DNA of 64,000 nucleotides from Eukaryota sp. TZLM1-RC. Lineage: Eukaryota; Protista; Metamonada: BaSk clade. A program made the translations under genes and the position numbers. Of the stretch, positions 13,330 to 26,889 are shown piece after piece; position 1 is the first letter of the stretch, and every line of letters starts with the position of its first letter. The stretch is taken from contig JAUPSS010000011.1 in the NCBI GenBank assembly GCA_040285825.1, positions 941,658-1,005,657 on the forward strand, in the 5' to 3' direction. The notes under the pieces are model-generated. The model did no database searches. It worked only from the letters and a program-made list of their open reading frames with translations, and had not been told where the DNA came from.

Positions 13330-16300
13330 TTTTTTTTTAAAATTTAATTTTATTCTAAACCTATAAATCAACATCTAAAAAATCCATCTCTCCCAAAACA
13401 AAAACACTAGATGCAACTCTCTCATAGTGAGATCCAAGAGAAAGCAAAGCATCAGAAACCATCTTCAACATCCCCTTAAAAATAGAGAACACAATTCTAT
13501 TTTGCCAAAACAATCTGTTGAAATTTCTGCCAGTTCTTCTCTTTACAATCATTTCAAAATCATCCAAAAAACGTAAAGCAGTTGGTGCAAGTGAACCAAA
13601 AAGGGAAAATACAAATGGATACAAATTGTATTTTGCATGCTGTAGACTGGCCAATTTGGACAAAGGTTCATTGTATTTTTTGAATTTAAAATTTTCAGCA
13701 TTTGAAAGGGGATTATGAATTTCAGAATTAACAAGCCTTTCATTTGAGGCATTACAAGGATCAACAGACATTACATCCAATAAAATGAAGCTTCCATCTA
13801 ATCCAGGTAATATGACATCACCTCTATTATTCTTATGAAAATCATTTTCAGCATCAAACAGATTTGACAACAAAGGTTCCAAGAAGGATTCAATTCTATG
13901 AGATTTACACATACAATATAACTGGTCTCTTACAGCATCATGAACCTTGCTTCTAAAAGTAATAAAATGTTTACAATTTAACAAATGAGTAGTTGTAATT
14001 TCTCGAGAACATTTACAAATTAAATTATGAGGTAAATTATCAGGCCAGATAAAGGAACGAAATCTCATATTCAGAGTCCAAGCAGAATCGGATAAGAGAG
14101 TACCATAAACTTGTGGAATTGTTGTTACTAAGGCAGAAGAAGTACTGTCACACATATCTTGTAAAAAGATTTGCAAAAGCGGGATTCTTTTTCTTGGCCA
14201 AGCCAAGTCTAACATCAAAATCCAAGCTTTCAAAAATCTTTGACAATTTTTGTTGAAGCTTTTTACAGCAAAACTGTAAATTAAATAGAGATCGGTTTGG
14301 AATTTCTTGAATTGATTGAGGAAAACATTTGGTCCAAATTTGTGGCGGTAATTTTTCAAGTTCACAAGATAACTCATACAAATAGGGACTACAATTGGGG
14401 ACTAACAGATGAGAATCATCAGGAAATCTACGAGAAAATTCATAAATAAAATTTTGCCACCACCCAAGAATGCTGATTGACACAAAATTGAAGATTTAGT
14501 AAAACCAATACCACCCAAATTTGCTGAAGAAAATAAATGGCTTTTCAACATTCCTGGTTCTACATCCAATAAATCAGCAAAAAATTCTGTTCTCAATGAA
14601 TTAAAAGAACGACAAAAATCTAATGCTATGGAAGGAGCACAAGATCTCAAAATGTGGGTTATTCTCCCAGTGTAGCAAATTTTAAGCATGAAAAATTTAA
14701 TATGCTTTTCTATATCTAAAGAAGAAATTGAATCAAGTTCAATTTTCATTTTTTCCAAAATAACTTGCAATTCATTCTGAATTTGAGGCACATTTCCTAA
14801 CCAACAACCAAGGAACTTAAAAGCATCACTACTATAATTAGTAAAAGGGACAATAGAATCGTTTATCACGAGGTCTTGAGCAGAAGAGCCAATCAGAAGG
14901 CATTTGCTGGCATTAAGATGAAGCCCAATATTTTCATATGAATCGGCAATTTCTTGAGCAACCAATTCTAGTAAATCAAATGAACCAATCAAGGATATAT
15001 CATCCATATAAGCAACTATTTTTATAGAAGGGTATTTTTGCTTAATGATATTTAAAGTTTTGTGAATAGCTAAACAAAACAATAATGGGCCTAAAGGATC
15101 TCCCTGCTTCACTCCAGAAGATGATTTAAGACCAAATGAATTAAAAATTAAATCTGATTCTTTCCCATAAAAATGGTAGAAAAAACTCGATAGCTCAGGA
15201 AAATCAGATTTAATAACTTCAAAAATTACTTCTCGCTTTACAGAATTAAAAGCATTTTTAAAGTCGAGATTAAAAATAAAATTATTTTCCTCTGCATTAA
15301 AAAAGGTATCAGAGGCAATAGCAGCAACAGAAGCACCATCAATTGTTTTGATTCCAAATTGATGAGGATTCAAAAATGTAGAAGCTTTGTCTTTGACACG
15401 ATCGAAGACAATTGATGCTAGCAAACGAGAAAGAGATTCACCAACAGCAATTGGGCGTATTCCATCAGGTTTGATTCCGTTTCCAGGCTTTACTAAAGCA
15501 ATCAGACGTGCTGCGAGTAATTCAAATGGAGGATTAATTTTCAAAACAATCAATTGTTGAAAATAGTGGGCTAGATCATCAGCAATTTCGGGAGCACTGG
15601 AACACGCTATTTTTAACAGATCAAAAGAAATTCCAGATGGGCCTGCTGCTTTCCCCTTTGGCAATTTTTGAATAGCTTTAAGAACTTCAATTGCAGTAAT
15701 AGGATTTTCAATCCAAAATGGACACACTTCAGGCTTGCTGCACTTGAAATTTTCTTGAGGATGCAACTTTTGAAGTTTTTCAAGGGTATCAGAGTTTGCA
15801 TCAGCCAAAGAAGAGGAAAACAAAGACTGCTTTGCGGCACCATAACGACCACGTAAGCACAATATACGGCAAATTTTTGATTTTACAATTTTTCTATTTC
15901 CAAATTTTTTCTTAAAACAATTTTTGTTTTTTCTAGCAAAATATTTCCAGAAGGATGAAATATTCCACTTATTATTTTTCAATTCAGAAGTAAAATTTCT
16001 CATTTCCATTGAGAAGGGGATTGTGCTGGCGGGACTTATTTCTACTGGGATCCGGATCGGGGGTCTTACGGTATCAACGGCTTTACAATTCGTACAAAAC
16101 AGAAGTTTTCGACCATTTCGTGAATTTGCAACATCTTTTTTTGCAAAATGGACAACAAAAATTACTGTTTTCAGAAGGGGAAGAAGAGGGAACACTAGAA
16201 GCATTTAACTGTTGATCGTCAGAAACATTATTTTCAGCACCTTTCACAACGGCAACAGCTGGAACAGAACATTTGAGAATTTGTTGAGCAGATTTTAATT

Positions 16301-16814
16301 CAAATTCTCTTTTTGTTTCTCAGGGCACGTTCTCGAATTATGACCACTGATACCACAAATCGAACATTTTTTTAGAACCTTTTAATGGCAGTGGTTTCAT
16401 TTTTTTCAGTTCTTTCAATTTTGTCAATTTTTGAGTTAAAAGTAGAAATAGACTTTTGACTTTTTGCAGTTTCAGCTGGAGAAAACAAATTTCGAGAAAC
16501 GGAGTTGTTAATAGAACGCGCAACAGAACGCAAGGAACGTAATGGTGGTTTTTCTGTGTTTTTTCTGGTACAATGATCAGTTTTTGAATGAGAATTTTTT
16601 TGAGATGAATTTCGAGCATAGCCTGTATTGTGGGGAGAGTGGGGAAGTGGAGTGGATGAGCTTGATCTGACTGGTAGAATCTTTGCTTGGGCGTTCCAAT
16701 CAGTATCAGAGTCACTATCAGCCAAAGGCATCGTTTTGACAGAGAAACAGTACGACTTTGACGCCTTGACAGAAAGTGAAATATGAAAGGGTTGACTAAG
16801 GGAGGGAGAAAAAA
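13330..16814 (-). mobile_element. Full-length family B element (~3.49 kb), ORF broken mainly by homopolymer frameshifts
   Basis: 5' end TTTTTTCTCCCTCCCTTAG; ORF pieces 16372-16833, 14402-16204 and 13361-14377; TSD AATATGGCACAAACT (13315-13329 / 16815-16829). Confidence 0.95.
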
Positions 16815-19800
16815 AATATGGCACAAACTGCAAGGATATCGTGTATCAAAGAGCCCCTGCTGAAAGAAACACTTTCTCTGAATAATTGTGGTTCTGATGA
16901 TAGAGGTGATGTATACTGTGATTGGATTGATAATTCTGAAGCTATTGTTGACTTTGTCTCATGTAATGTTGCAAACGATACTTTGGTTCACAGAAGAAAA
17001 CTTAATCCTGTGGCTGCTCTGGATTTTAAAGCAAAAGAAAAACATAGAAAATATGATAAAGAAATTGAAGATGCAAATATCGATAGAAATACACAGCTGG
17101 TTTTTATTGCTTTTCCATTTTCGATAAATGGAAGATTATCTGTTGAAGCAGAAACTTTTTTGGATGACTTCCAAAAAATGGTGAAAGAAAAAACAATGAA
17201 AAGATTTGATATTTTTTTATGGCGTTCACGGATTCAATTTGCCATTATTAATAGATTACCGCGGTTTTTCAATCGAATTAGAGAAGCTTTAGCTAGACAG
17301 CAAGCAAATCAAGATTTTGTAGAGGAAATCTTGGTTTAATGATAGTCGTCCCATTAGTTATGATTTAATTTAATCAAGTGTGCAAATTCAATAAATTAAT
17401 AATTTAATTGATCTGCATCCAGCTGAATTTCTTAATTTGGATAAACCATCTGCTTCACAATTTTGGAAACAAAATCCACTTTCTGAAAAAGAAGTTGAAA
17501 CTGCCATTTTCCGTCTTCCATCTGGAAAAGCTCCAGGTCCATCTGGAATTACTTTTGATATGCTGAAATCTGTGTGCCGCCAAAATTCCTTTATTATTAA
17601 AGATTTATGTTCCTTTTTTCAAGATGTTTTGACAATGAAAATTGTTCCACCAAAAGAATTAAGTGCATCACGGTTAGTGGCTTTAACTAAACCTAATGGA
17701 AAAGTTCGCCCAATTGCCATTGGTGAAGCCATTTATCGCTTGATGTCTTCAGTAATTTTTAATCGAGTTTCAACAAAAGCTAAAGAATACTTTTCTCCAT
17801 TCCAATATGGAATCAAAACTATAGATGGAGCTTCAGTTGCAGCTTTGACATCTGACCTGTTTTTCAATTGTCACGAAAATAGTTGCATTTTTAATCTTGA
17901 TTTCAAAAATGCTTTCAATTCAGTGAAAAGAGATTCAATTTGGAAAGAAATCAAATCAAATTTTCCTGAACTCGAAACCTTTTTTTATAGGTTTTATGGT
18001 AATTCATCTGATTTAATTTTTAATTCTTTTAATCTGGATTCTTTATCAGGAGTTAAACAAGGAGACCCTTTAGGTCCTTTCTTTTTTTGTCTTGCAATTC
18101 ACCCAATTTTGAAAAAATTAAAAGAAGAAAATTCTGACCTTCAAGTGGTAGCTTACATGGATGACATTTCTTGTATTGGTCCAGAAAGTACAATTAATAG
18201 GGTTGCTAATGAAGCTGCTACATTATACCAATCCATAGGTCTTGACTTGAATGTTCAAAAATGTTTTTGTATTTCTAGAAAAAATGTTAAGTTAATAATT
18301 AATTCCCTCGAAGTTCCATATATTGATTATACTTCAACTAGTTTCTGCTTTCTGGGTTGCTATTTAGGTTCCGCCGAAAAGACACTTGACAGCCTTGACA
18401 ATTATTTAAATTCAATTAAAAAAGAGCTAGAAGTCATAAAGACTCTTGAATTGGAAAAACATCTTAAGTTTTTTCTTTTGAAAATTTGTTATGCTGGAAA
18501 AATTACTCATTTACTGCGATCATTACCTCCATCCCTAACTTACAATTTTTGTAGACAATTTAACAAAAATACGTACCCAATTTTTGGCTTATTTAATGTC
18601 TGTTGATCCATCAATTTTGAAAAATCATATTTTTTCTGATGTTCAACTTGGCGGTGTTGGATTCAATTCATCAAAATATTTGACCAAAGCTGCATTTATT
18701 GGTGGTGGAAAAATTTTGTATTTGAATTCTCTAGAAGATATCATTTTGCCGAAAATCTTCTTGAAAATACAAATAGCCTATTCCTGGATAACTTAAGAGA
18801 AGAAATATCCAGTTTATCTCCCGACTTATGGCAATCATGTTTCCCCATATCCATTCAAGAAATTCCAGACAGAAGTTTATATTCATTAAAATTTGCGTTG
18901 AAAAAGCTCCAACGACATCTTTTGAAAAATTTTGAAAACAAGGATTTTATTGTTCGACTTAGCACGGCTAAGAAAGAAAAATCCTGCTTTGCCAATTTTT
19001 TGATTGATTTGAGGACAGTTCATCTGCGGTTTTGATAAATCAAATTCCCCAGGTTTATGGTCTATTTTTGAATGACGACCAATGGACCACTGCTATGAGA
19101 ATGCGTTGTTATTTATGGCCTTGTAATTTGCCCAATGATTTGTTTTGTAAATGTGGAGCTGGTTTGACATTATCACATTTATTTAATTGTAATAGATATA
19201 TTTCCTATCGTTCTACGTTGCATGATGCAGTCAGAGATCAAATCCATGCAATGTGTAATTCCTATCATATTGAATCTTTTGTAGAACCTTTGTTGAGGTC
19301 TCTTGATATAAATGAATGCGTAAGAGATTCAGAATATGGAAAACGACGTGCTGATGTTGTTGTGCCCTCGTTTGATGATGTCATGAATGTTGTTGATGTC
19401 GTAACAGTGGATGTTTGCAAGAAAAATGCCTTGAAAAATGCTCAATCCGAAGTATCCCCCCTTGATGACTCCGAATTGTACAAACGGAAAAAGTATGCAA
19501 ATCCTTTAAAAGAATTGAAACATGTTCCCCATGTAGATTACCAAATTTGCCCATTTGCTATATCGTTGTATGGTCGTCTTGGAAAAACTGCTTTGAATTT
19601 TATTGATGATTTTGAAAATCTTGTGAAAAAAAGAATGAATAAGCGTTTTGATCGTCGCTTGTGGCTAAATCGTATTGTTTTTACTATTTTCAAATCAATT
19701 CCTAAAATGATTTCGAAAGCTTTAATGTCTGTCAGTGCACATTATGAAAACTCTGCTGCTGTAAGGTTTGATGGTGTGGAAGCTTGTTTTGAAGATATTA

Positions 19801-21988
19801 ACTTTTAGACTGTAGTTTAATAATAAATTAAAATTAAAATTAAAAAAAAAAATTCTATTTTGCCAAAACAATCTGTTGAAATTTCTGCCAGTTCTTCTCT
19901 TTACAATCATTTCAAAATCATCCAAAAACGTAAAGCAGTTGGTGCAAGTGAACCAAAAGGGAAAATACAAATGGATACAAATTGTATTTTGCATGCTGTA
20001 GAGTGGCCAATTTGGACAAAGGTTCATTGTATTTTTTGAATTTAAAATTTTCAGCATTTGAAAGGGGGTTATGAATTTCAGAATTAACAAGCCTTTCATT
20101 TGAGGCATTACAAGGATCAACAGACATTACATCCAATAAAGTGAAGGTTCCATCTAATCCAGGTAATATGACATCACCTCTATTATTCTTATGAAAATCA
20201 TTTTCAGCATCAAACATATTTGACAACAAAGGTTCCAAGAAGGATTCAATTCTATGAGATTTACACATACAATATAACTGGTCTCTTACAGCATCATGAA
20301 CCTTGCTTCTAAAAGTAATAAAATGTTTACAATTTAACAAATGAGTAGGTGTAATTTCTCGAGAACATTTACAAATTAAATTATGAGGTAAATTATCAGG
20401 CCAGATAAAGGAACGAAATCTCATATTCAGAGTCCAAGCAGAATCGGATAAGAGAGTACCATATACTTGCGGAATTGTTGTTACTAAGGCAGAAGAAGTA
20501 CTGTCACACATATCTTGTAAAAGATTTGCAAAAGCGGGATTCTTTTTCTTGGCCAAGCCAAGTCTAACATCAAAATCCAAGCTTTCAAAAATCTTTGACA
20601 ATTTTTGTTGAAGCTTTTTACAGCAAAACTGTAAATTAAATAGAGATCGGTTTGGAATTTCTTGAATTGATTGAGGAAAGCATTTGGTCCAAATTTGTGG
20701 CGGTAATTTTTCAAGTTCACAAGATAACTCATACAAATAGGGACTACAATTGGGGACTAACAGATGAGAATCATCAGGAAATCTACGAGAAAATTCATAA
20801 ATAAAATTTTTGCCACCACCCAAGAATGCTGATTGACACAAAATTGAAGATTTAGTAAATCCAATACCCCCCAAATTTGCTGAAGAAAATAAATGGCTTT
20901 TCAACATTCCTGGTTCTACATCCAATAAATCAGCAAAAAATTCTGTTCTCAATGAATTAAAAGAACGACAAAAATCTAATGCTATGGAAGGAGCACAAGA
21001 TCTCAAAATGTGGGTTATTCTCCCAGTGTAGCAAATTTTAAGCATAAAAAATTTAATATGCTTTTCTATATCTAAAGAAGAAATTGAATCAAGTTCAATT
21101 TTCATTTTTTCCAAAATAACTTGCAATTCATTCTGAATTTGAGGCACATTTCCTAACCAACAACCAAGGAACTTAAAAAGCATCACTACTATAATTAGTA
21201 AAAGGGACAATAGAATCGTTTATCACGAGGTCTTGAGCAGAAGAGCCAATCAGAAGGCATTTGCTGGCATTAAGATGAAGCCCAATATTTTCATATGAAT
21301 CGGCAATTTCTTGAGCAACCAATTCTAGTAAATCAAATGAACCAATCAAGGATATATCATCCATATAAGCAACTATTTTTATAGAAGGGTATTTTTGCTT
21401 AATGATATTTAAAGTTTTGTGAATAGCTAAACAAAACAATAATGGGCCTAAAGGATCTCCCTGCTTCACTCCAGAAGATGATTTAAGACCAAATGAATTA
21501 AAAATTAAATCTGATTCTTTCCCATAAAAATGGAAGAAAAAACTCGACAGCTCAGGAAAATCAGATTTAATAACTTCAAAAATTGCTTCTCGCTTTACAG
21601 AATTAAAAGCATTTTTAAAGTCAAAAATAAAATTATTTTCCTCTGCATTAAAAAAGGTATCAGAGGCAATAGCAGCAACAGAAGCACCATCAATTGTTTT
21701 GATTCCAAATTGATGAGGATTCAAAAATGTAGAGGCTTTGTCTTTGACACGATCGAAGACAATTGATGCCAGCAAACGAGAAAGAGATTCACCAACAGCA
21801 ATTGGGCGTATTCCATCAGGTTTGATTCCGTTTCCAGGCTTTACTAAAGCAATCAGACGTGCTGCGAGCAATTCAAATGGAGGATTTATTTTCAAAACAA
21901 TTAATTGTTGAAAATAGTGGGCTAGATCATCAGCAATTTCGATCAGGAAAACATCGACCCCATTTTTCTACATCAATTCTTGAAATTC

Positions 21989-24900
21989 ATATCCATTCAA
22001 GAAATTCCAGACAGAAGTTTATATTCATTAAAATTTGCATTGAAAAAGCTCCAACGACATCTTTTGAAAAATTTTGAAAACAAGGATTTTATTGTTCGAC
22101 TTAGCACGGCTAAGAAAGAAAATCCTGCTTTTGCCAATTTTTTGATTGATTTGAAGGACAGTTCATCTGCAGTTTTGATAAATCAAATTCCCCAGATTTA
22201 TGGTCTATTTTTGAATGACGACCAATGGACCACTGCTATGAGAATGCGTTGTTATTTATGGCCTTGTAATTTGCCCAATGATTTGTTTTGTAAATGTGGA
22301 GCTGGTTTGACATTATCACATTTATTTAATTGTAATAGATATATTTCCTATCGTTCTACGTTGCATGATGCAGTCAGAGATCAAATCCATGCAATGTGTA
22401 ATTCCTATCATATTGAATCTTTTGTAGAACCTTTGTTGAGGTCTCTTGATATAAATGAAAGCGTAAGAGATTCAGAATATGGAAAACGACGTGCTGATGT
22501 TGTTGTGCCCTCGTTTGATGATGTCATGAATGTTGTTGATGTCGTAACAGTGGATGTTTGCAAGAAAAATGCCTTGAAAAATGCTCAATCCGAAGTATCT
22601 TCCCTTGATGACTCCGAATTGTACAAACGGAAAAAGTATGCAAATCCTTTAAAAGAATTGAAACATGTTCGCCATGTAGATTACCAAATTTGCCCATTTG
22701 CTATATCGTTGTATGGTCGTCTTGGAAAAACTGCATTGAATTTTATTGATGATTTTGAAAATCTTGTGAGAAAAAGAATGAATAAGCGTTTTGATCGTCG
22801 CTTGTGGCTAAATCGTATTGTTTTTACTATTTTCAAATCAATTCCTAAAATGATTTCGAAAGCTTTAATGTCTGTCAGTGCACATTATGAAAACATTGCT
22901 GCTGTAAGGTTTGATGGTGTGGAAGCTTGTTTTGAAGATATTGACTTTTAGACTGTGGTTTAACAATAAAATAAAATTAATTTAAAAAAATTCTTGAAAT
23001 TCCTTTATCTGGCCTGATAATTTACCTCATAATTTAATTTGTAAATGTTCTCGAGAAATTACAACTACTCATTTGTTAAATTGTAAACATTTTATTACTT
23101 TTAGAAGCAAGGTTCATGATGCTGTAAGAGACCAGTTATATTGTATGTGTAAATCTCATAGAATTGAATCCTTCTTGGAACCTCTGTTGTCAAATCTGTT
23201 TGATGCTGAAAATGATTTTCATAAGAATAATAGAGGTGATGTCATATTACCTGGATGAGATGGAAGCTTTATTTTATTGGATGTAATGTCTGTTGATCCT
23301 TGTAATGCCTCAAATGAAAGGCTTGTTAATTCTGAAATTCATAATCCCCTTTCAAATGCTGAAAATTTTAAATTCAAAAAATACAATGAACCTTTGTCCA
23401 AATTGGCCAGTCTACAGCATGGAAAATACAATTTGACTCTTGAATTGGAAAAACATCTTAAGTTTTTTCTTTGAAAATTTGTTATGCTGGAAAAATTACT
23501 CATTTACTGCGATCATTACCTCCATCCCTAACTTACAATTTTTGTAGACAATTTAACAAAATACATACCCAATTTTTGGCTTATTTAATGTCTGTTGATC
23601 CATCAATTTTGAAAAATCATATTTTTTCTGATGTTCAACTTGGCGGTGTTGGATTCAATTCATCAAAATATTTGACCAAAGCTGCATTTATTGGTGGTGG
23701 AAAAATTTTGTATTTGAATTCTCTAGAAGATATCCTTTGCCGAAAATCTTCTTGAAAATACAAATAGCATATTCCTGGATAACTTAAGAGAAGAAATATC
23801 CAGTTTATCTCCCGACTTATGGCAATCATGTTTCCCCATATCCATTCAAGAAATTCCAGACAGAAGTTTATATTCATTAAAATTTGCATTGAAAAAGCTC
23901 CAACGACATCTTTTGAAAAATTTTGAAAACAAGGATTTTATTGTTCGACTTAGCACGGCTAAGAAAGAAAATCCTGCTTTTGCCAATTTTTTGATTGATT
24001 TGAAGGACAGTTCATCTGCAGTTTTGATAAATCAAATTCCCCAGATTTATGGTCTATTTTTGAATGACGACCAATGGACCACTGCTATGAGAATGCGTTG
24101 TTATTTATGGCCTTGTAATTTGCCCAATGATTTGTTTTGTAAATGTGGAGCTGGTTTGACATTATCACATTTATTTAATTGTAATAGATATATTTCCTAT
24201 CGTTCTACGTTGCATGATGCAGTCAGAGATCAAATCCATGCAATGTGTAATTCCTATCATATTGAATCTTTTGTAGAACCTTTGTTGAGGTCTCTTGATA
24301 TAAATGAAAGCGTAAGAGATTCAGAATATGGAAAACGACGTGCTGATGTTGTTGTGCCCTCGGTTGATGATGTCATGAATGTTGTTGATGTCGTAACAGT
24401 GGATGTTTGCAAGAAAAATGCCTTGAAAAATGCTCAATCCGAAGTATCTTCCCTTGATGACTCCGAATTGTACAAACGGAAAAAGTATGCAAATCCTTTA
24501 AAAGAATTGAAACATGTTCGCCATGTAGATTACCAAATTTGCCCATTTGCTATATCGTTGTATGGTCGTCTTGGAAAAACTGCATTGAATTTTATTGATG
24601 ATTTTGAAAATCTTGTGAAAAAAAGAATGAATAAGCGTTTTGATCGTCGCTTGTGGCTAAATCGTATTGTTTTTACTATTTTCAAATCAATTCCTAAAAT
24701 GATTTCGAACGCTTTAATGTCTGTCAGTGCACATTATGAAAACATTGCTGCTGTAAGGTTTGATGGTGTGGAAGCTTGTTTTGAAGATATTGACTTTTAG
24801 ACTGTGGTTTAACAATAAAATAAAATTAATTTAAAAAAAAATTCTTGAAATTCCTTTATCTGGCCTGATAATTTACCTCATAATTTAATTTGTAAATGTT

Positions 24901-26802
24901 CTCGAGAAATTACAACTACTCATTTGTTAAATTGTAAACATTTTATTACTTTTAGAAGCAAGGTTCATGATGCTGTAAGAGACCAGTTATATTGTATGTG
25001 TAAATCTCATAGAATTGAATCCTTCTTGGAACCTCTGTTGTCAAATCTGTTTGATGCTGAAAATGATTTTCATAAGAATAATAGAGGTGATGTCAGTGTC
25101 TTTTTGGAGTATTGACTACTAGTAGTGGAGTAGTTGGATGAGGAATTTCTGAATTGTCGTAGTATTTAGCTAATTTAATAAAAAAATTTACGAGGTGATG
25201 TCATATTACCTGGATGAGATGGAAGCTTTATTTTATTGGATGTAATGTCTGTTGATCCTTGTAATGCCTCAAATGAAAGGCTTGTTAATTCTGAAATTCA
25301 TAATCCCCTTTCAAATGCTGAAAATTTTAAATTCAAAAAATACAATGAACCTTTGTCCAAATTGGCCAGTCTACAGCATGGAAAATACAATTTGACTCTT
25401 GAATTGGAAAAACATCTTAAGTTTTTTCTTTTGAAAATTTGTTATGCTGGAAAAATTACTCATTTACTGCGATCATTACCTCCATCCCTAACTTACAATT
25501 TTTGTAGACAATTTAACAAAATACGTACCCAATTTTTGGCTTATTTAATGTCTGTTGATCCATCAATTTTGAAAAATCATATTTTTTCTGATGTTCAACT
25601 TGGCGGTGTTGGATTCAATTCATCAAAATATTTGACCAAAGCTGCATTTATTGGTGGTGGAAAAATTTTGTATTTGAATTCTCTAGAAGATATCCTTTTG
25701 CCGAAAATCTTCTTGAAAATACAAATAGCATATTCCTGGATAACTTAAGAGAAGAAATATCCAGTTTATCTCCCGACTTATGGCAATCATGTTTCCCCAT
25801 ATCCATTCAGGAAATTCCAGACAGAAGTTTATATTCATTAAAATTTGCGTTGAAAAAGCTCCAACGACATCTTTTGAAAAATTTTGAAAACAAGGATTTT
25901 ATTGTTCGACTTAGCACGGCTAAGAAAGAAAAATCCTGCTTTGCCAATTTTTTGATTGATTTGAAGGACAGTTCATCTGCAGTTTTGATAAATCAAATTC
26001 CCCAGATTTATGGTCTATTTTTGAATGACGACCAATGGACCACTGCTATGAGAATGCGTTGTTATTTATGGCCTTGTAATTTGCCCAATGATTTGTTTTT
26101 GTAAATGTGGAGCTGGTTTGACATTATCACATTTATTTAATTGTAATAGATATATTTCCTATCGTTCTACGTTGCATGATGCAGTCAGAGATCAAATCCA
26201 TGCAATGTGTAATTCCTATCATATTGAATCTTTTGTAGAACCTTTGTTGAGGTCTCTTGATATAAATGAAAGCGTAAGAGATTCAGAATATGGACAACGA
26301 CGTGCTGATGTTGTTGTGCCCTCGTTTGATGATGTCATGAATGTTGTTGATGTCGTAACAGTGGATGTTTGCAAGAAAAATGCCTTGAAAAATGCTCAAT
26401 CCGAAGTATCCCCCTTGATGACTCCGAATTGTACAAACGGAAAAAGTATGCAAATCCTTTAAAAAGAATTGAAACATGTTCGCCATGTAGATTACCAAAT
26501 TTGCCCATTTGCTATATCGTTGCATGGTCGTCTTGGAAAAACTGCTTTGAATTTTATTGATGATTTTGAAAATCTTGTGAAAAAAAAGAATGAATAAGCG
26601 TTTTGATCGTCGCTTGTGGCTAAATCGTATTGTTTTTACTATTTTCAAATCAATTCCTAAAATGATTTCGAAAGCTTTAATGTCTGTCAGTGCACATTAT
26701 GAAAACATTGCTGCTGTAAGGTTTGATGGTGTGGAAGCTTGTTTTGAAGATATTGACTTTTAGACTGTGGTTTTGAAAATAAATTAAAAGTATGTTAAAA
26801 AA
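21989..26802 (+). repeat. Tandem array of a chimeric ~1.85-kb unit (B fragment plus A 3' half), about 2.5 copies
   Basis: The junction A-tail|AATTCTTGAAATTCCTTTATC recurs at ~22989 and ~24840; the B-to-A junction AATTTG|ACTCTTG recurs at ~23435 and ~25395. Confidence 0.9.
25096..25191 (+). mobile_element. 96-bp insertion, probable 3' end of a further retroelement family
   Basis: TSD GAGGTGATGTCA (25084-25095 / 25192-25203); ends AATAAAAAAATTTAC; absent from the sister unit near 23230. Confidence 0.7.
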
Positions 26803-26889
26803 AAGTTAGGGATGGAGGTAATGATCGCAGTAAATGAGTAATTTTTCCAGCATAACAAATTTTCAAAAGAAAAAACTTAAGATGTTTTT

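Larger units (their letters stand above)
10380..17407 (+). mobile_element. Family D element, 5'-truncated in RT, carrying four nested insertions
   Basis: ORF pieces 10369-10695, 11004-11687, 12065-12976 and 16818-17339; TSD TTGATCTGCAT (10369-10379 / 17408-17418). Confidence 0.9.
10225..19850 (+). mobile_element. Family A element, 5'-truncated (pieces 10225-10379 and 17408-19850)
   Basis: RT ORF 17437-18606, RLE ORF 19032-19808, A-tail; flanked by an 11-bp TSD. Confidence 0.9.
10053..21941 (-). mobile_element. Family B element (pieces 10053-10224 and 19851-21941), outer host of a four-level nest
   Basis: B tail at 10053; RT/RLE ORFs 19918-21210 and 21173-21895; pieces rejoin across TSD AATTCTATTTT (10214-10224 / 19851-19861). 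Confidence 0.9.

Noticed and set aside
26803-26813. Insertion beside TTAGGG as telomere-repeat targeting
   Set aside because: It is a single hexamer within antisense A coding sequence; other junctions lack it and no telomeric array is present.
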